Assembly (NCBI RefSeq): GCF_035546395.1
Contig: NZ_DASZXR010000001.1
Location: 34,624-98,623, forward strand
Length of the DNA stretch: 64,000 nucleotides
Direction: 5' to 3'
Source of the DNA: Puia sp.
GTDB taxonomy: Bacteria; Bacteroidota; Bacteroidia; Chitinophagales; Chitinophagaceae
Made by a program: the position numbers and the translations under genes. The stretch's first letter is position 1; each line of letters begins with the position of its first letter. Under the pieces are notes generated by a model that saw nothing but the letters and a program-made list of their open reading frames with translations, did no database searches and had not been told where the DNA came from. Positions 16,781 to 25,763 of the stretch are shown piece after piece.

Positions 16781-18670
16781 TTAATAACTTAAGCCAAATC
16801 CAAATTTATACAGGGGATTTTTGGAATCATACGGCACATCCTCCTTCTGCGCCCGCACCGCATCCATCGACGAAGGCAGCTCGATCGGCAGATGTCCCCC
16901 CGGCTTATCCTTCCCAAAGATGACATCCAGCACCGCCGCATCGCTCGCGCCGAAATCGGCCAAAAGCCCCTTCGCCTTTGCACTGATCTCCGGGATCACC
17001 GCCGGCCGGTCCAGGTAGATATCCACGATCGTCGGCGCCGTGCTCAGCAGGCGCAGGATACTGTCCTTCTCCTTCCCCTTGAAATCGAGGTCCCCGTGAT
17101 GGAACATCTTTGCCAGCATGATCGGCGAGTTCACCGGCACATACGGGGTCTTGAGCCTCAGTATCGCGATATCCGCCTTCCCGGGGTCGCTCACCACCGT
17201 CCCATACTTCGAGGCGACGGCCGAATCGACATTGCGGACATAGATCTTTAATTTGCCTGGCGCCAGCGGTAGTACCTTGTTATCGTTCTTCAGCAAGGTC
17301 ATGGCCCTGCGCTGCGAGGCCTCACCCTCCTTCATCGATTTTTCATTCCCCACGATCTGCCCGACCTTCGACTCATCGACAAAGGGGTGATCGAACAGTC
17401 CCAGCTCGAACTTCTGCCGCAACAGTCTTCTCGCGCTGGAATCGATCCGGGCCTCGGTCAGCTTGCCGCTCTTTACCAACTGCACGACGATCTCGGGACA
17501 GTTCTCGCCGCCAAATTGATCGACCCCGGCGTCGATTATCTTCTTCACCCTGTCTTCCCGTGACAGGTTCTCGACGCCCCAGGCCCGGGCAGGCCAAACA
17601 AAAGCGCCCATGTTGGCGTCGGTGACCAGGCCCCAATCCGTACACACCACCCCATCAAAATGATAGGTGTTGCGCAACAGCCCGGTGATGATGTCCTTAT
17701 TATAGCTGAAGCCGACATTCTCGCTCGTCTGCCCCATCGGCACACCGTAGTACGGCATGATGGCCGCGGTATGCGCGGCAAAGGCGGCTTCGAAGGGGAT
17801 CAGGTGATATTTGAAATTGTTACCCGGATACACCTGGCCTTTCTGAAAGGGGAAATGCGGATCGAGCCCTTCTTTTTGTGGACCGCCGCCGGGGAAATGT
17901 TTGGTCATACAGGCTACGCTGTTGGAGTCGAGCTTGTCTCCCTGGTAGCCCAGGATATAGGCCTTCGCCATCCGCGCCGTCAGCTGCGCATCCTCCCCAA
18001 AGGTCCCGCTGATCCGCGGCCACCGAGGTTCCGTCGAAAGATCGATCTGCGGATGCAGTGCCTCGCGGATCCCGACGGCCAGATACTCGCGCCGCGAGAC
18101 ATCGGCGAACCGCCGCGTCAACGCCGAATCCCCGATCGCGCCAAGCCCCAACGGCTCGCACCATTGGGAGAAGGAATGAGCCGACATCGCAAAGACATTA
18201 CTGGCGAAATGATTGCGCGGATCGGAGGCAACGGTCATCGGGATACCGAGCCGCGTGGAATCCTGCATATAATGCTGCATGCCGTTGTACCACTTGGCAA
18301 GCATCTCCGGCGCAGGCACCGCCCAGAGATTGAAATGGTTCATCTTCTGCCCCTGCACCAGCTTCAGCGCATTGGGCGCAAAGGCAAACATACCCTTGCC
18401 CGGCTTGTCGTCTATCGACCCGTCCTCGTTTACCCGGGCCCCGTTGATAAACAGCAGGCCCGCCTTCTCTTCCAGCGTCATCTGCTTTAACAGATCATTC
18501 ACCCGCGCGTCGACGGACTGGCTGCTGTCCTCATAGACATCCATCTTTCCATTCTTGTTCAGATCGCGGTAAGCGGGGCTCTTGGAACCACCCGGATTGC
18601 AGGAGAGAATACCCAGCGTTGCGGAAAGCAAGGCTGCGGCGGGAAGGAGTTTTGCGGCAAGCATAAGCAT
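16781..18670 (-). CDS. GH3 beta-glucosidase-family lipoprotein
   Basis: Start trimmed to MLMLAAKLL...GILSC (lipobox). MTLEEKAG, TEPRWPRISGTFGED, KHFPGGG, IMPYY, FDGVVCTDWG (nucleophile Asp), PGGHLPIELP. Confidence 0.92.
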   Translation of the reverse strand: MLMLAAKLLPAAALLSATLGILSCNPGGSKSPAYRDLNKNGKMDVYEDSSQSVDARVNDLLKQMTLEEKAGLLFINGARVNEDGSIDDKPGKGMFAFAPNALKLVQGQKMNHFNLWAVPAPEMLAKWYNGMQHYMQDSTRLGIPMTVASDPRNHFASNVFAMSAHSFSQWCEPLGLGAIGDSALTRRFADVSRREYLAVGIREALHPQIDLSTEPRWPRISGTFGEDAQLTARMAKAYILGYQGDKLDSNSVACMTKHFPGGGPQKEGLDPHFPFQKGQVYPGNNFKYHLIPFEAAFAAHTAAIMPYYGVPMGQTSENVGFSYNKDIITGLLRNTYHFDGVVCTDWGLVTDANMGAFVWPARAWGVENLSREDRVKKIIDAGVDQFGGENCPEIVVQLVKSGKLTEARIDSSARRLLRQKFELGLFDHPFVDESKVGQIVGNEKSMKEGEASQRRAMTLLKNDNKVLPLAPGKLKIYVRNVDSAVASKYGTVVSDPGKADIAILRLKTPYVPVNSPIMLAKMFHHGDLDFKGKEKDSILRLLSTAPTIVDIYLDRPAVIPEISAKAKGLLADFGASDAAVLDVIFGKDKPGGHLPIELPSSMDAVRAQKEDVPYDSKNPLYKFGFGLSY

Positions 18671-18739
18671 TATGTTAGTATGACACAATGTAAGGATTAT
18701 CCGCAAATCTCCAAAAACAATTTTCCTTACCTTTCCAAT

Positions 18740-19630
18740 ATGAAACCGATCGGACTCTTCCTGCTCTTCTTCGTCTCTGTCAGCCTCCATGCCCAAAAGA
18801 TCATCGACATCTCCTATACCGTCGACCCCCAGGGACGCTACGTATTCACCGCCAACAACAAAGCCTTTTGCACCTATGTCCTGCGGATCGATTTCCCAAC
18901 GCTGGACAATCTCCGCGCCGACCATTCTCTTCCATACGAGACTGAAATAAAGCCCGGCCCGGTGAAGCTCATCACGCTCTCGCCGATCGAAAAGGGAAAG
19001 GACACCAAGCTCAACTACAAAAGCACCAACCGCAAAGGATTGCTCAACCCCGTCGTCAACATCAACTTCACCTATCTCCTCCCGACAGGGCCAGCCATCG
19101 AGACCCAGGCCTACCGCATCCCCAATAAACCCGCCGGTTCCACGCCCGGTGGACAGGACAGCGGTTATTCGGTCCGGCTTCGCGCCAAACAAGGCGACAC
19201 TATTTACGCTGCCCGTCGCGGCACCGTCTCCGCTGTGGATGTCAGCAATACCGAAAATGACGCCGGCGCAAGCACGACCACCAACTGGAACTTCGTCGAG
19301 ATCTTTCATGCCGACGGCTCCTTTGCCGAATACGGCATTCTCAAAAAGGACGGCGCCCTCGTAAAACCCGGGCAGACCGTGGAAGCCGGCGCCCCGATCG
19401 GTATCGTCGGCGGCGATCAGTATGGCCGTGGCTCGGAGGTCCGCTTCAGCGTCAGCTACTATCCCGGGGTGCCCAACACCCAGATCCCACTGCAATTCTG
19501 GACAAAAGGCAACGGCAAGGGGCAGTTGAAACAGGGCGCTTTCTATACCAGCGAGTTCACAAAGGCGCTGCTCACCGCCGAGACCGCCAAAAAACCGTCC
19601 GCAGGCAAGCCGTCCGCAAAAAAACACTAG
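18740..19630 (+). CDS. Secreted M23/LytM-like protein lacking the Zn ligands
   Basis: Start trimmed to MKPIGLFLLFF. GDTIYAARRGTV, NFVEIFHADGSFAEYGIL, VKPGQTVEAGAPIG match the LytM fold; HxxxD and HxH are absent. Confidence 0.75.
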   Translation: MKPIGLFLLFFVSVSLHAQKIIDISYTVDPQGRYVFTANNKAFCTYVLRIDFPTLDNLRADHSLPYETEIKPGPVKLITLSPIEKGKDTKLNYKSTNRKGLLNPVVNINFTYLLPTGPAIETQAYRIPNKPAGSTPGGQDSGYSVRLRAKQGDTIYAARRGTVSAVDVSNTENDAGASTTTNWNFVEIFHADGSFAEYGILKKDGALVKPGQTVEAGAPIGIVGGDQYGRGSEVRFSVSYYPGVPNTQIPLQFWTKGNGKGQLKQGAFYTSEFTKALLTAETAKKPSAGKPSAKKH

Positions 19631-19644
19631 ATATTTGAATTTCG

Positions 19645-19652
19645 TATCTTTG
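19645..19652 (+). promoter_or_regulatory. Bacteroidota -7 element (near-leaderless transcript)
   Basis: TATCTTTG ends 4 nt before the ATG at 19657. Confidence 0.55.
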
Positions 19653-19656
19653 CCCC

Positions 19657-20568
19657 ATGGGACCCGCGCAAAGCCTCGAAGAATTCTACAAGGACAAGCT
19701 CCACTGGCTGCCCGACAATCTCAAAAAAGAGATGGGCCATTTCAACGTATTCCGGCTCGCGGAAGTCCTCAGCAGGCCCCATGGCCCGATGCCCTACCGG
19801 CGCGTCGAATTCTACAAGGTCTCTTTGATGATGGGCAACAACCGGATCGAGTATGCCGACAAGGTACTCGAGGTCAACGGTCCAACCCTCGTCTTCTCTA
19901 ACCCGCTGATCCCCTATCGATGGGAACGGCTGTCCCCCAATCCCACCGGCTACTTTTGCATCTTTACCGAGGCCTTCTTCCGGCAGTTCGGCCATATCCG
20001 CGACTATCCGCTGTTCCAGCCCGGCGCCACCCCGGTTTTCACGCTGACCGGGGCGCAGGCCGCTACCATCGCCGGCCTCTACGAACGCATGCTGACGGAG
20101 ATCGCCTCCGACTACACCTATAAATATGATGTCCTCCGGACCCTGGTCTTCGAGCTGATCCACCTGGCGTTGAAGATGCAGCCGGCCGACACCTCTATCT
20201 ACGCCAACTCCAATGCCTCCGTCCGCATCTCCTCGCTATTCATGGAATTGCTGGAACGCCAGTTTCCCATCGAATCCCCCTCTCAGCAGATAGCCCTTCG
20301 CGCCCCCTCGGAATATGCTTCCCAGATGGCCATCCACGTCAACCATCTCAACCGCGCCCTCCGCGAATCTTCGGGCAAGACCACGACGAAGCTGATCGCC
20401 GAACGTCTCGTGCAGGAGGCAAAATCGCTCCTGCGTCACACCAGCTGGAACGTCGGCGAAGTAGCATGGTGCCTCGGCTTTGAAGAACGCTCCCACTTCA
20501 TCAATTTCTTTAAGAAGAACACCCGACTTTCCCCCGGCGCCTACCGCGAAAGCAATTCAATTGTTTGA
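19657..20568 (+). CDS. AraC-family transcriptional regulator
   Basis: GHFNVF, FYKVSL, SEYASQMAIHVNHLNRAL, EAKSLLRHTSWNVGEVAWCLGFEERSHFINFFKK. Confidence 0.93.
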   Translation: MGPAQSLEEFYKDKLHWLPDNLKKEMGHFNVFRLAEVLSRPHGPMPYRRVEFYKVSLMMGNNRIEYADKVLEVNGPTLVFSNPLIPYRWERLSPNPTGYFCIFTEAFFRQFGHIRDYPLFQPGATPVFTLTGAQAATIAGLYERMLTEIASDYTYKYDVLRTLVFELIHLALKMQPADTSIYANSNASVRISSLFMELLERQFPIESPSQQIALRAPSEYASQMAIHVNHLNRALRESSGKTTTKLIAERLVQEAKSLLRHTSWNVGEVAWCLGFEERSHFINFFKKNTRLSPGAYRESNSIV

Positions 20569-20628
20569 TTTTTGCACTTATTGGTTTGATTCTCGCATCC
20601 GGACCCGCCGGCGGCGACCCTACCTTTG
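20563..20628 (+). promoter_or_regulatory. Tandem AraC-type half-sites plus -7 element of the SDR gene
   Basis: GTTTGATTTTTGCA (20563) and GTTTGATTCTCGCA (20584) are 21 nt apart; TACCTTTG at 20621-20628. Confidence 0.55.
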
Positions 20629-20642
20629 CCGTAGAAAAATCA

Positions 20643-21497
20643 ATGACTATGGAAAAGAAAGTATGGTTCATCACCGGCGCATCGAAAGGATTGGGTCTCA
20701 CGCTCGTCAACAAGCTCATCGCCGAAGGCCACCAGGTGGCCGCCACTACCCGCACTCTGGAAACATTGGAGGCGGCCGTGGATTCCGCTCCCGCCGACCA
20801 GTTCCTCCCGCTCGAGGTCGATCTCTCCGACGAAGCCTCGGTAGAAGGAGCCCTCCTTACTACCTGGGAGGTATTCGGCCGCATCGACGTCGTCGTCAAT
20901 AACGCCGGCTATGGCATCGGCGGCGCGCTGGAAGAGCTTAGCCTCGGCGAGATCAAGGATAATTTCGAGGTCAACCTGTTCGCCCCCATCACCGTCATAA
21001 AGAAAGTAATGCCCTACCTGCGGGCGCAACGCTCCGGCCATATCATCAATATCTCCTCGATCGCCGGCTTTGCGGGCGTTCTCGGCTGGTCGGTCTACGC
21101 CGCATCCAAACACGCCCTCATCGGCCTCTCCGACGTGCTCGCGCAGGATCTCCGGCCCCTGGGCATCCACGTGACAGCGGTAGCGCCCGGTGCCTTCCGC
21201 ACCCAGTTCCTCACCCGCGAATCCCTGGTCCTCGGCGACACGCAGATCGCCGACTATTCCGACATCCGCGCCTCCCACGCCCGCTACCTGTCCATCGACG
21301 GGAAGCAGCCGGGCGATCCGGTAAAAGCAGCGGAAGCCCTCATCGAAATCGCGGACTCCCCCGAACCCCCGACCCTTTTGTTCCTCGGCAGCGACGCCTA
21401 CAACCGCGCTACTGCAAAGATGCGTCACCTGGAAGAGCTCATAGAGAAATGGAAAGGCCTCACGCTTTCGACCCAGTACGAGACCGAAAAAGCCTGA
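20643..21497 (+). CDS. Short-chain dehydrogenase/reductase
   Basis: KVWFITGASKGLG, DVVVNNAGYG, NISSIAG, YAASK, PGAFRT. Start trimmed to MTMEKK. Confidence 0.93.
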   Translation: MTMEKKVWFITGASKGLGLTLVNKLIAEGHQVAATTRTLETLEAAVDSAPADQFLPLEVDLSDEASVEGALLTTWEVFGRIDVVVNNAGYGIGGALEELSLGEIKDNFEVNLFAPITVIKKVMPYLRAQRSGHIINISSIAGFAGVLGWSVYAASKHALIGLSDVLAQDLRPLGIHVTAVAPGAFRTQFLTRESLVLGDTQIADYSDIRASHARYLSIDGKQPGDPVKAAEALIEIADSPEPPTLLFLGSDAYNRATAKMRHLEELIEKWKGLTLSTQYETEKA

Positions 21498-21548
21498 CGC
21501 ATTCGACCTTCGGGATCATCAGCGTCGCCATGGCGGTTTGAAGGATCT

Positions 21549-23921
21549 TTACTCCGCTCGCAACGAGTCGACCGGATTCGCCAACGCCGCCCGCACTGCC
21601 CGCCACCCGATCGTCAGCAACGCGAACCCAAGCGCCGCACCGCCCGCCACCGCAAAGACCCACCAGGCCACATCGGTCCGGTAGACGAAATCCTGTAACC
21701 ACCGGTCCATCCCCCATGCCGCCAGCGGGCTGGCAATGACGATGGCGATCAACACCAGCCACAGGAAATCCCGCGAAAGAAGGGCGACAATGCTGGTCAC
21801 GCTGGCGCCCAACACTTTTCGGATCCCGATCTCCCGGGTACGCACCTGCGCCGTATACGTCGCCAGCCCGAATAGCCCGAGGCAGGAAAGAAAGATCGCA
21901 ATGCCCGCAAACCCGGTGAAAAGATCGCCGGTTTGCATATCCGACCGGTACATTTCTTCATAGCTGCCATCGAGGAAGTTGTAATCAAACGGCATCCCCG
22001 GATTGTATTGCCGCCAGAGCTTCTGTGCAGCAGCGATCGCCCGCGAGGCGCCATGGCCTGCCGTTTTCACATAGAAGACCCCGCCGGTAGGCCGGTACCG
22101 TAACACCATTGGGCCGATGGCCGTATGCAGCGATGCAAAATTGAAGTCTTTGACCACCCCGATGATGGTCCCGTTCTTATCATTCACCCTGAACCGCTTC
22201 CCTACCGGATGTGTGATCCCCATCTGCCGCACGGCCGTTTCGTTGAGAATATAATGAATGCTGTCCACCGGCCGGCCGCTGAAATTCTCGCCGGCCTCGA
22301 GCGACATCTTCATCATCGGCAGAAAATGCTCGTCGATATTCAGCAGGTTGATGATGAACATGCTGTTGGCGGGTTTGCCGTCCCAGTCGTTATCGCCGGT
22401 GGAATTGTGCACGTCGACCAACTCGTCATTGGCCACCGACACTTCCTTTATCGCCGGTTCTTTCCGCAACTGATCCGATACAGCCCGGGAATGATCGCGC
22501 ATCTTTAGGCCGTAGAAGGTGAACACCTGGCTCCGGTTATAGCCCGGGTCGCGCTCCCGGACAAAGCTCAGCTGCCGGTCAATCACCAGGGTCCCGATGA
22601 TCAACCCCACGGAAAAGACAAATTGCGTCGTCACCAGCAATTTCCGGAATGCGACATTGCCCACCCCCTGCATGATCTTACCCTTCAAAGCCCTCAGCGG
22701 CTCGAAGGCGCTGAGCAGCAGGGCCGGGTACACCGCCGACGCCAGCAACACGCCAACCCCGGTCGTGGCCACGACCTTCCAAAGGGATGTATCGGTGATA
22801 TCCAACCGAAAATGTTTGTACGCAAACGAGTTGTAGGCAGGGGTCACCAAAAAGATCAATCCGAAGGCCAGCAGCAGCGACACGAGATAAAACATCGCCG
22901 TCTCGATCACAAACTGCGTAAACAGCTGCCGCTTCGCCGCGCCCATGATCTTCCGCACCCCCACCTCCCGCGCCCGCAACATGGCCCGGGCCGTCGAAAG
23001 GTTGACGTAATTGATGCTCGCGATCAGCAGGATGAATACGGCGATCCATTCGAAGATGCGCACCGTTTGCAGCAAAGGGGCGCTTCCATCCGCTTTGCGG
23101 AGATGGATCTGGTTCAGGGGTTGCAGCTCGAAGCCCATTTCGGCGGCCGAGGCCTTTATTTGCGGCGCCTGTCGCATCTGTACGGCAAGCAGCTTCCCGC
23201 CGACCTCCTTTGGAGATACTCCCGGCTGCAGCTCCAGCAAGGTGAGATAGCCGAAATTCCCCCAGTCGGATTCCAGCGTGGGCCAATAGCCGGTCCCATT
23301 GTAATCCCCCCGGAACGTGGCGATCGGGAACAGGAGATCCGCCTTGATCGAAGAATTGTCCGGGAAATCCGCCAGCACGCCGCTGACGACAAATGGGTCT
23401 TTATGGTCACCCATGATCATCTTCCCCATGGGGTCCGCCCCGCCAAAATATTTCCTGGCCGTCGATTCCGTGATCACGACGGATTGAAGGTTGGGCCACA
23501 ACTGTCGCGCATCCCCCGCAACCAGCCGGAAATCCAGCATCTGTAAAAGATTGGAATCCGCATAGATGGCCACCGGCTGTTCGAACAGCTTGTCGCCATA
23601 GCTAAATATACTGTATCGCCAGTCGGGAAAGGTCCGTACCGCATTGACCACCCCGGGGATCTCTTTCAACGCGGCGGCCGCCACGGCCGCCGGGGTCGTT
23701 TCATACAAAACCCGCAAAGACCCTTTTCCTGCCGCGGAATTCACCCGGTAGATATTTGCCGCCCTGTGATGAAAACCGTCATAACTGGATTCGTCCTGCA
23801 CCCACAGCAGGATCAGCATTCCCACCGCCAGGCCAATGGTCAGTCCCAGCACATTGATACCTGAATACAGCTTATTCCGAAGGATATTCCTCCAGGCGGT
23901 CTTGAAGTAATTACGGATCAT
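21549..23921 (-). CDS. ABC transporter permease, MacB/FtsX-type duplicated (Bacteroidota family)
   Basis: MIRNYFKTAWRNI, INYVNLSTARA..RAREVGVRKIMGA, LSCLGLFGLA...RTREIGIRKVLGAS, NPVDSLRAE. Confidence 0.93.
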   Translation of the reverse strand: MIRNYFKTAWRNILRNKLYSGINVLGLTIGLAVGMLILLWVQDESSYDGFHHRAANIYRVNSAAGKGSLRVLYETTPAAVAAAALKEIPGVVNAVRTFPDWRYSIFSYGDKLFEQPVAIYADSNLLQMLDFRLVAGDARQLWPNLQSVVITESTARKYFGGADPMGKMIMGDHKDPFVVSGVLADFPDNSSIKADLLFPIATFRGDYNGTGYWPTLESDWGNFGYLTLLELQPGVSPKEVGGKLLAVQMRQAPQIKASAAEMGFELQPLNQIHLRKADGSAPLLQTVRIFEWIAVFILLIASINYVNLSTARAMLRAREVGVRKIMGAAKRQLFTQFVIETAMFYLVSLLLAFGLIFLVTPAYNSFAYKHFRLDITDTSLWKVVATTGVGVLLASAVYPALLLSAFEPLRALKGKIMQGVGNVAFRKLLVTTQFVFSVGLIIGTLVIDRQLSFVRERDPGYNRSQVFTFYGLKMRDHSRAVSDQLRKEPAIKEVSVANDELVDVHNSTGDNDWDGKPANSMFIINLLNIDEHFLPMMKMSLEAGENFSGRPVDSIHYILNETAVRQMGITHPVGKRFRVNDKNGTIIGVVKDFNFASLHTAIGPMVLRYRPTGGVFYVKTAGHGASRAIAAAQKLWRQYNPGMPFDYNFLDGSYEEMYRSDMQTGDLFTGFAGIAIFLSCLGLFGLATYTAQVRTREIGIRKVLGASVTSIVALLSRDFLWLVLIAIVIASPLAAWGMDRWLQDFVYRTDVAWWVFAVAGGAALGFALLTIGWRAVRAALANPVDSLRAE

Positions 23922-24051
23922 AGCATATGATTTAATATAACTAAATATAGGTAAAATCCGTGGGTCGCCAGGTAACCCTGCCGCCGCAGATCATTGACGA
24001 GAAGCAATAAATCGGGCAGTAAACCCGCATTTTTTTAACGAATGCCGGTTT

Positions 24052-24072
24052 TTTACAGGGCAATCCTGTAAA
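24052..24072. promoter_or_regulatory. Inverted repeat, candidate operator upstream of the permease gene
   Basis: TTTACAGG-GCAAT-CCTGTAAA. Confidence 0.35.
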
Positions 24073-24109
24073 TTTATTAACGCCCCACAGGCTCCTACAC
24101 ATGAGAAAA

Positions 24110-24143
24110 CAAAAAAAGGGTGTCCCGTCGACCGGGACACCCT
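24110..24143 (-). terminator. Intrinsic terminator of susC-susD
   Basis: Stem AGGGTGTCCCG (24117-24127)/CGGGACACCCT (24133-24143), followed by a T-tract on the minus strand. Confidence 0.85.
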
Positions 24144-24166
24144 CTGTATTTTGATCGGTCAGGCTC

Positions 24167-25735
24167 CTAATATTGCGGATTCTGAGCGATGATCGGGTTC
24201 TGCTGGATCTCCGTCAGCGGGATCGGCCAGATGAACCGGAAGTCGGAATAAGGGACCGCACCCTGTCCCGGCGTATACCCCGTGCCACAGCTGAAGGTAG
24301 TGATCGGTTTTACTGACTGGTTCAGGGCTTTCGCGGGTATTCCCCCTGGTCCGTACACCGGGTCTGGGCTCAACCGGTGGATGTCTGCCCAGCGCTTGCC
24401 CTCACCCAGGAATTCCACCCTTCTTTCAAACAGGATGGCCTTTACCAGGTCGGTCTGGGTGGCAAAGCTGGCCGCCGTATAAGCTTCCGTCAACAGCCCC
24501 AGGGACCGGTTCCGGACGGCATTGAGCAGATCGATCGCCTGCTGAGATACGCCGCCGGCGCTTCTTGCCACGGCCTCGGACATGGTCAGCAACACTTCGG
24601 CATAGCGGATCTGCGGGGCATAATCGCCAAGCCCGACGCTGTCGCGGTATTTGTAGATGAACAGGCTCTGGTTGCCGTTGGCATCGGTTCCCTTGCTGAC
24701 CAGCGCCGATCTGCGCTTGTCGTCGCAAAGCCATCTCGGGTCGTTATAGATCACCGGCGATATGACGATCAGCCCGCGCCCCTTGTGATCGGAAGGCGCG
24801 AACATGGTAGAAATTGCAGCATTCACACCGGGATTGTCCAATGCGTCGTTCTTGATGGAAAAGATGCTTTCCTTGGTGCTGTAGTTGCCCAGCTTGAACG
24901 GATCATCGGGGTTGGCGTCCAGCGTCCAGCCGCCAATGGGGCTGGTGAAAGGAGCGCTCGCGGAAATGATCTTGTTACCCTCGGCGATCACGCCTGCCCA
25001 GTCGCCCATATGCATCTTCACCCGCATCTTGAGGGCGATGGCCGCCGCCTTAGTGGCGCGGTACACCGTATTCGTCGCCGGCAGGTTGGCCTCGGCAAAA
25101 TCCAGGTCGGCCAGGATCTTTCCATAGACACTGTCCACCCGCATCCGGGGCTTGGTATAGATCGCCGCTACTGCCGTACTGGAAGCGATCGCCGAGTCCC
25201 GCCAGGGTACACCGGCACTCTGACCGCCGCCGTCGGAATAGGGCCGGGCAAAATGGATCAGCGCCTCATGATGCGCCATCGCCCGGAGAAACCGGCATTC
25301 GGCTGTATATTGCGTGGCAGTCGCATCGGTGATGACCTTGTTCTTCAAAGCGCCCTGCAAACCCGCGATACAGACATTGGCGCCATCGATCAGCTGGTAC
25401 AGACCCTTCCAAAGCCCAATGACATTGGGGGAGGAGGAGTTTTGCGTGTTCTGGTAGACGATCTGGTAAAAGGTCGCAATATTCACCATATCCTCCCCCC
25501 GCATATCCCCCTGTTCGATATTGGCGGCGCCGAACGGATAACCGCGCAGCGACCCGTCGGTATACCGCCCGCTCTGCGCGAAATCATATACCCCGTTGAG
25601 GGATAGATCGACGCGCGCCGCGGTGGAGAATGCGGTGCTGGAAGTGATAGAATTGTTGGGCGCCGTATCCAGCACTTTCTTACAGCCGGAAAGCGCCGTG
25701 ATGGCCAGTGATCCTATGATGATTGTTTTCTTCAT
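24167..25735 (-). CDS. susD: SusD/RagB-family lipoprotein
   Basis: Lipobox LSGC, ECRFLRAMAH, IRYAEVLL, ERRVEFLGEGKRWADIHR, WPIP..EI..NP; directly downstream of susC. Confidence 0.95.
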   Translation of the reverse strand: MKKTIIIGSLAITALSGCKKVLDTAPNNSITSSTAFSTAARVDLSLNGVYDFAQSGRYTDGSLRGYPFGAANIEQGDMRGEDMVNIATFYQIVYQNTQNSSSPNVIGLWKGLYQLIDGANVCIAGLQGALKNKVITDATATQYTAECRFLRAMAHHEALIHFARPYSDGGGQSAGVPWRDSAIASSTAVAAIYTKPRMRVDSVYGKILADLDFAEANLPATNTVYRATKAAAIALKMRVKMHMGDWAGVIAEGNKIISASAPFTSPIGGWTLDANPDDPFKLGNYSTKESIFSIKNDALDNPGVNAAISTMFAPSDHKGRGLIVISPVIYNDPRWLCDDKRRSALVSKGTDANGNQSLFIYKYRDSVGLGDYAPQIRYAEVLLTMSEAVARSAGGVSQQAIDLLNAVRNRSLGLLTEAYTAASFATQTDLVKAILFERRVEFLGEGKRWADIHRLSPDPVYGPGGIPAKALNQSVKPITTFSCGTGYTPGQGAVPYSDFRFIWPIPLTEIQQNPIIAQNPQY

Positions 25736-25763
25736 GATTCATTGATTGATGATGTTACGAATG

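Noticed and set aside
18671-19627. N-terminal 319 aa of the 948-aa GH3 ORF
   Set aside because: It overlaps the M23-like gene on the other strand; the lipoprotein signal peptide starts at 18670.
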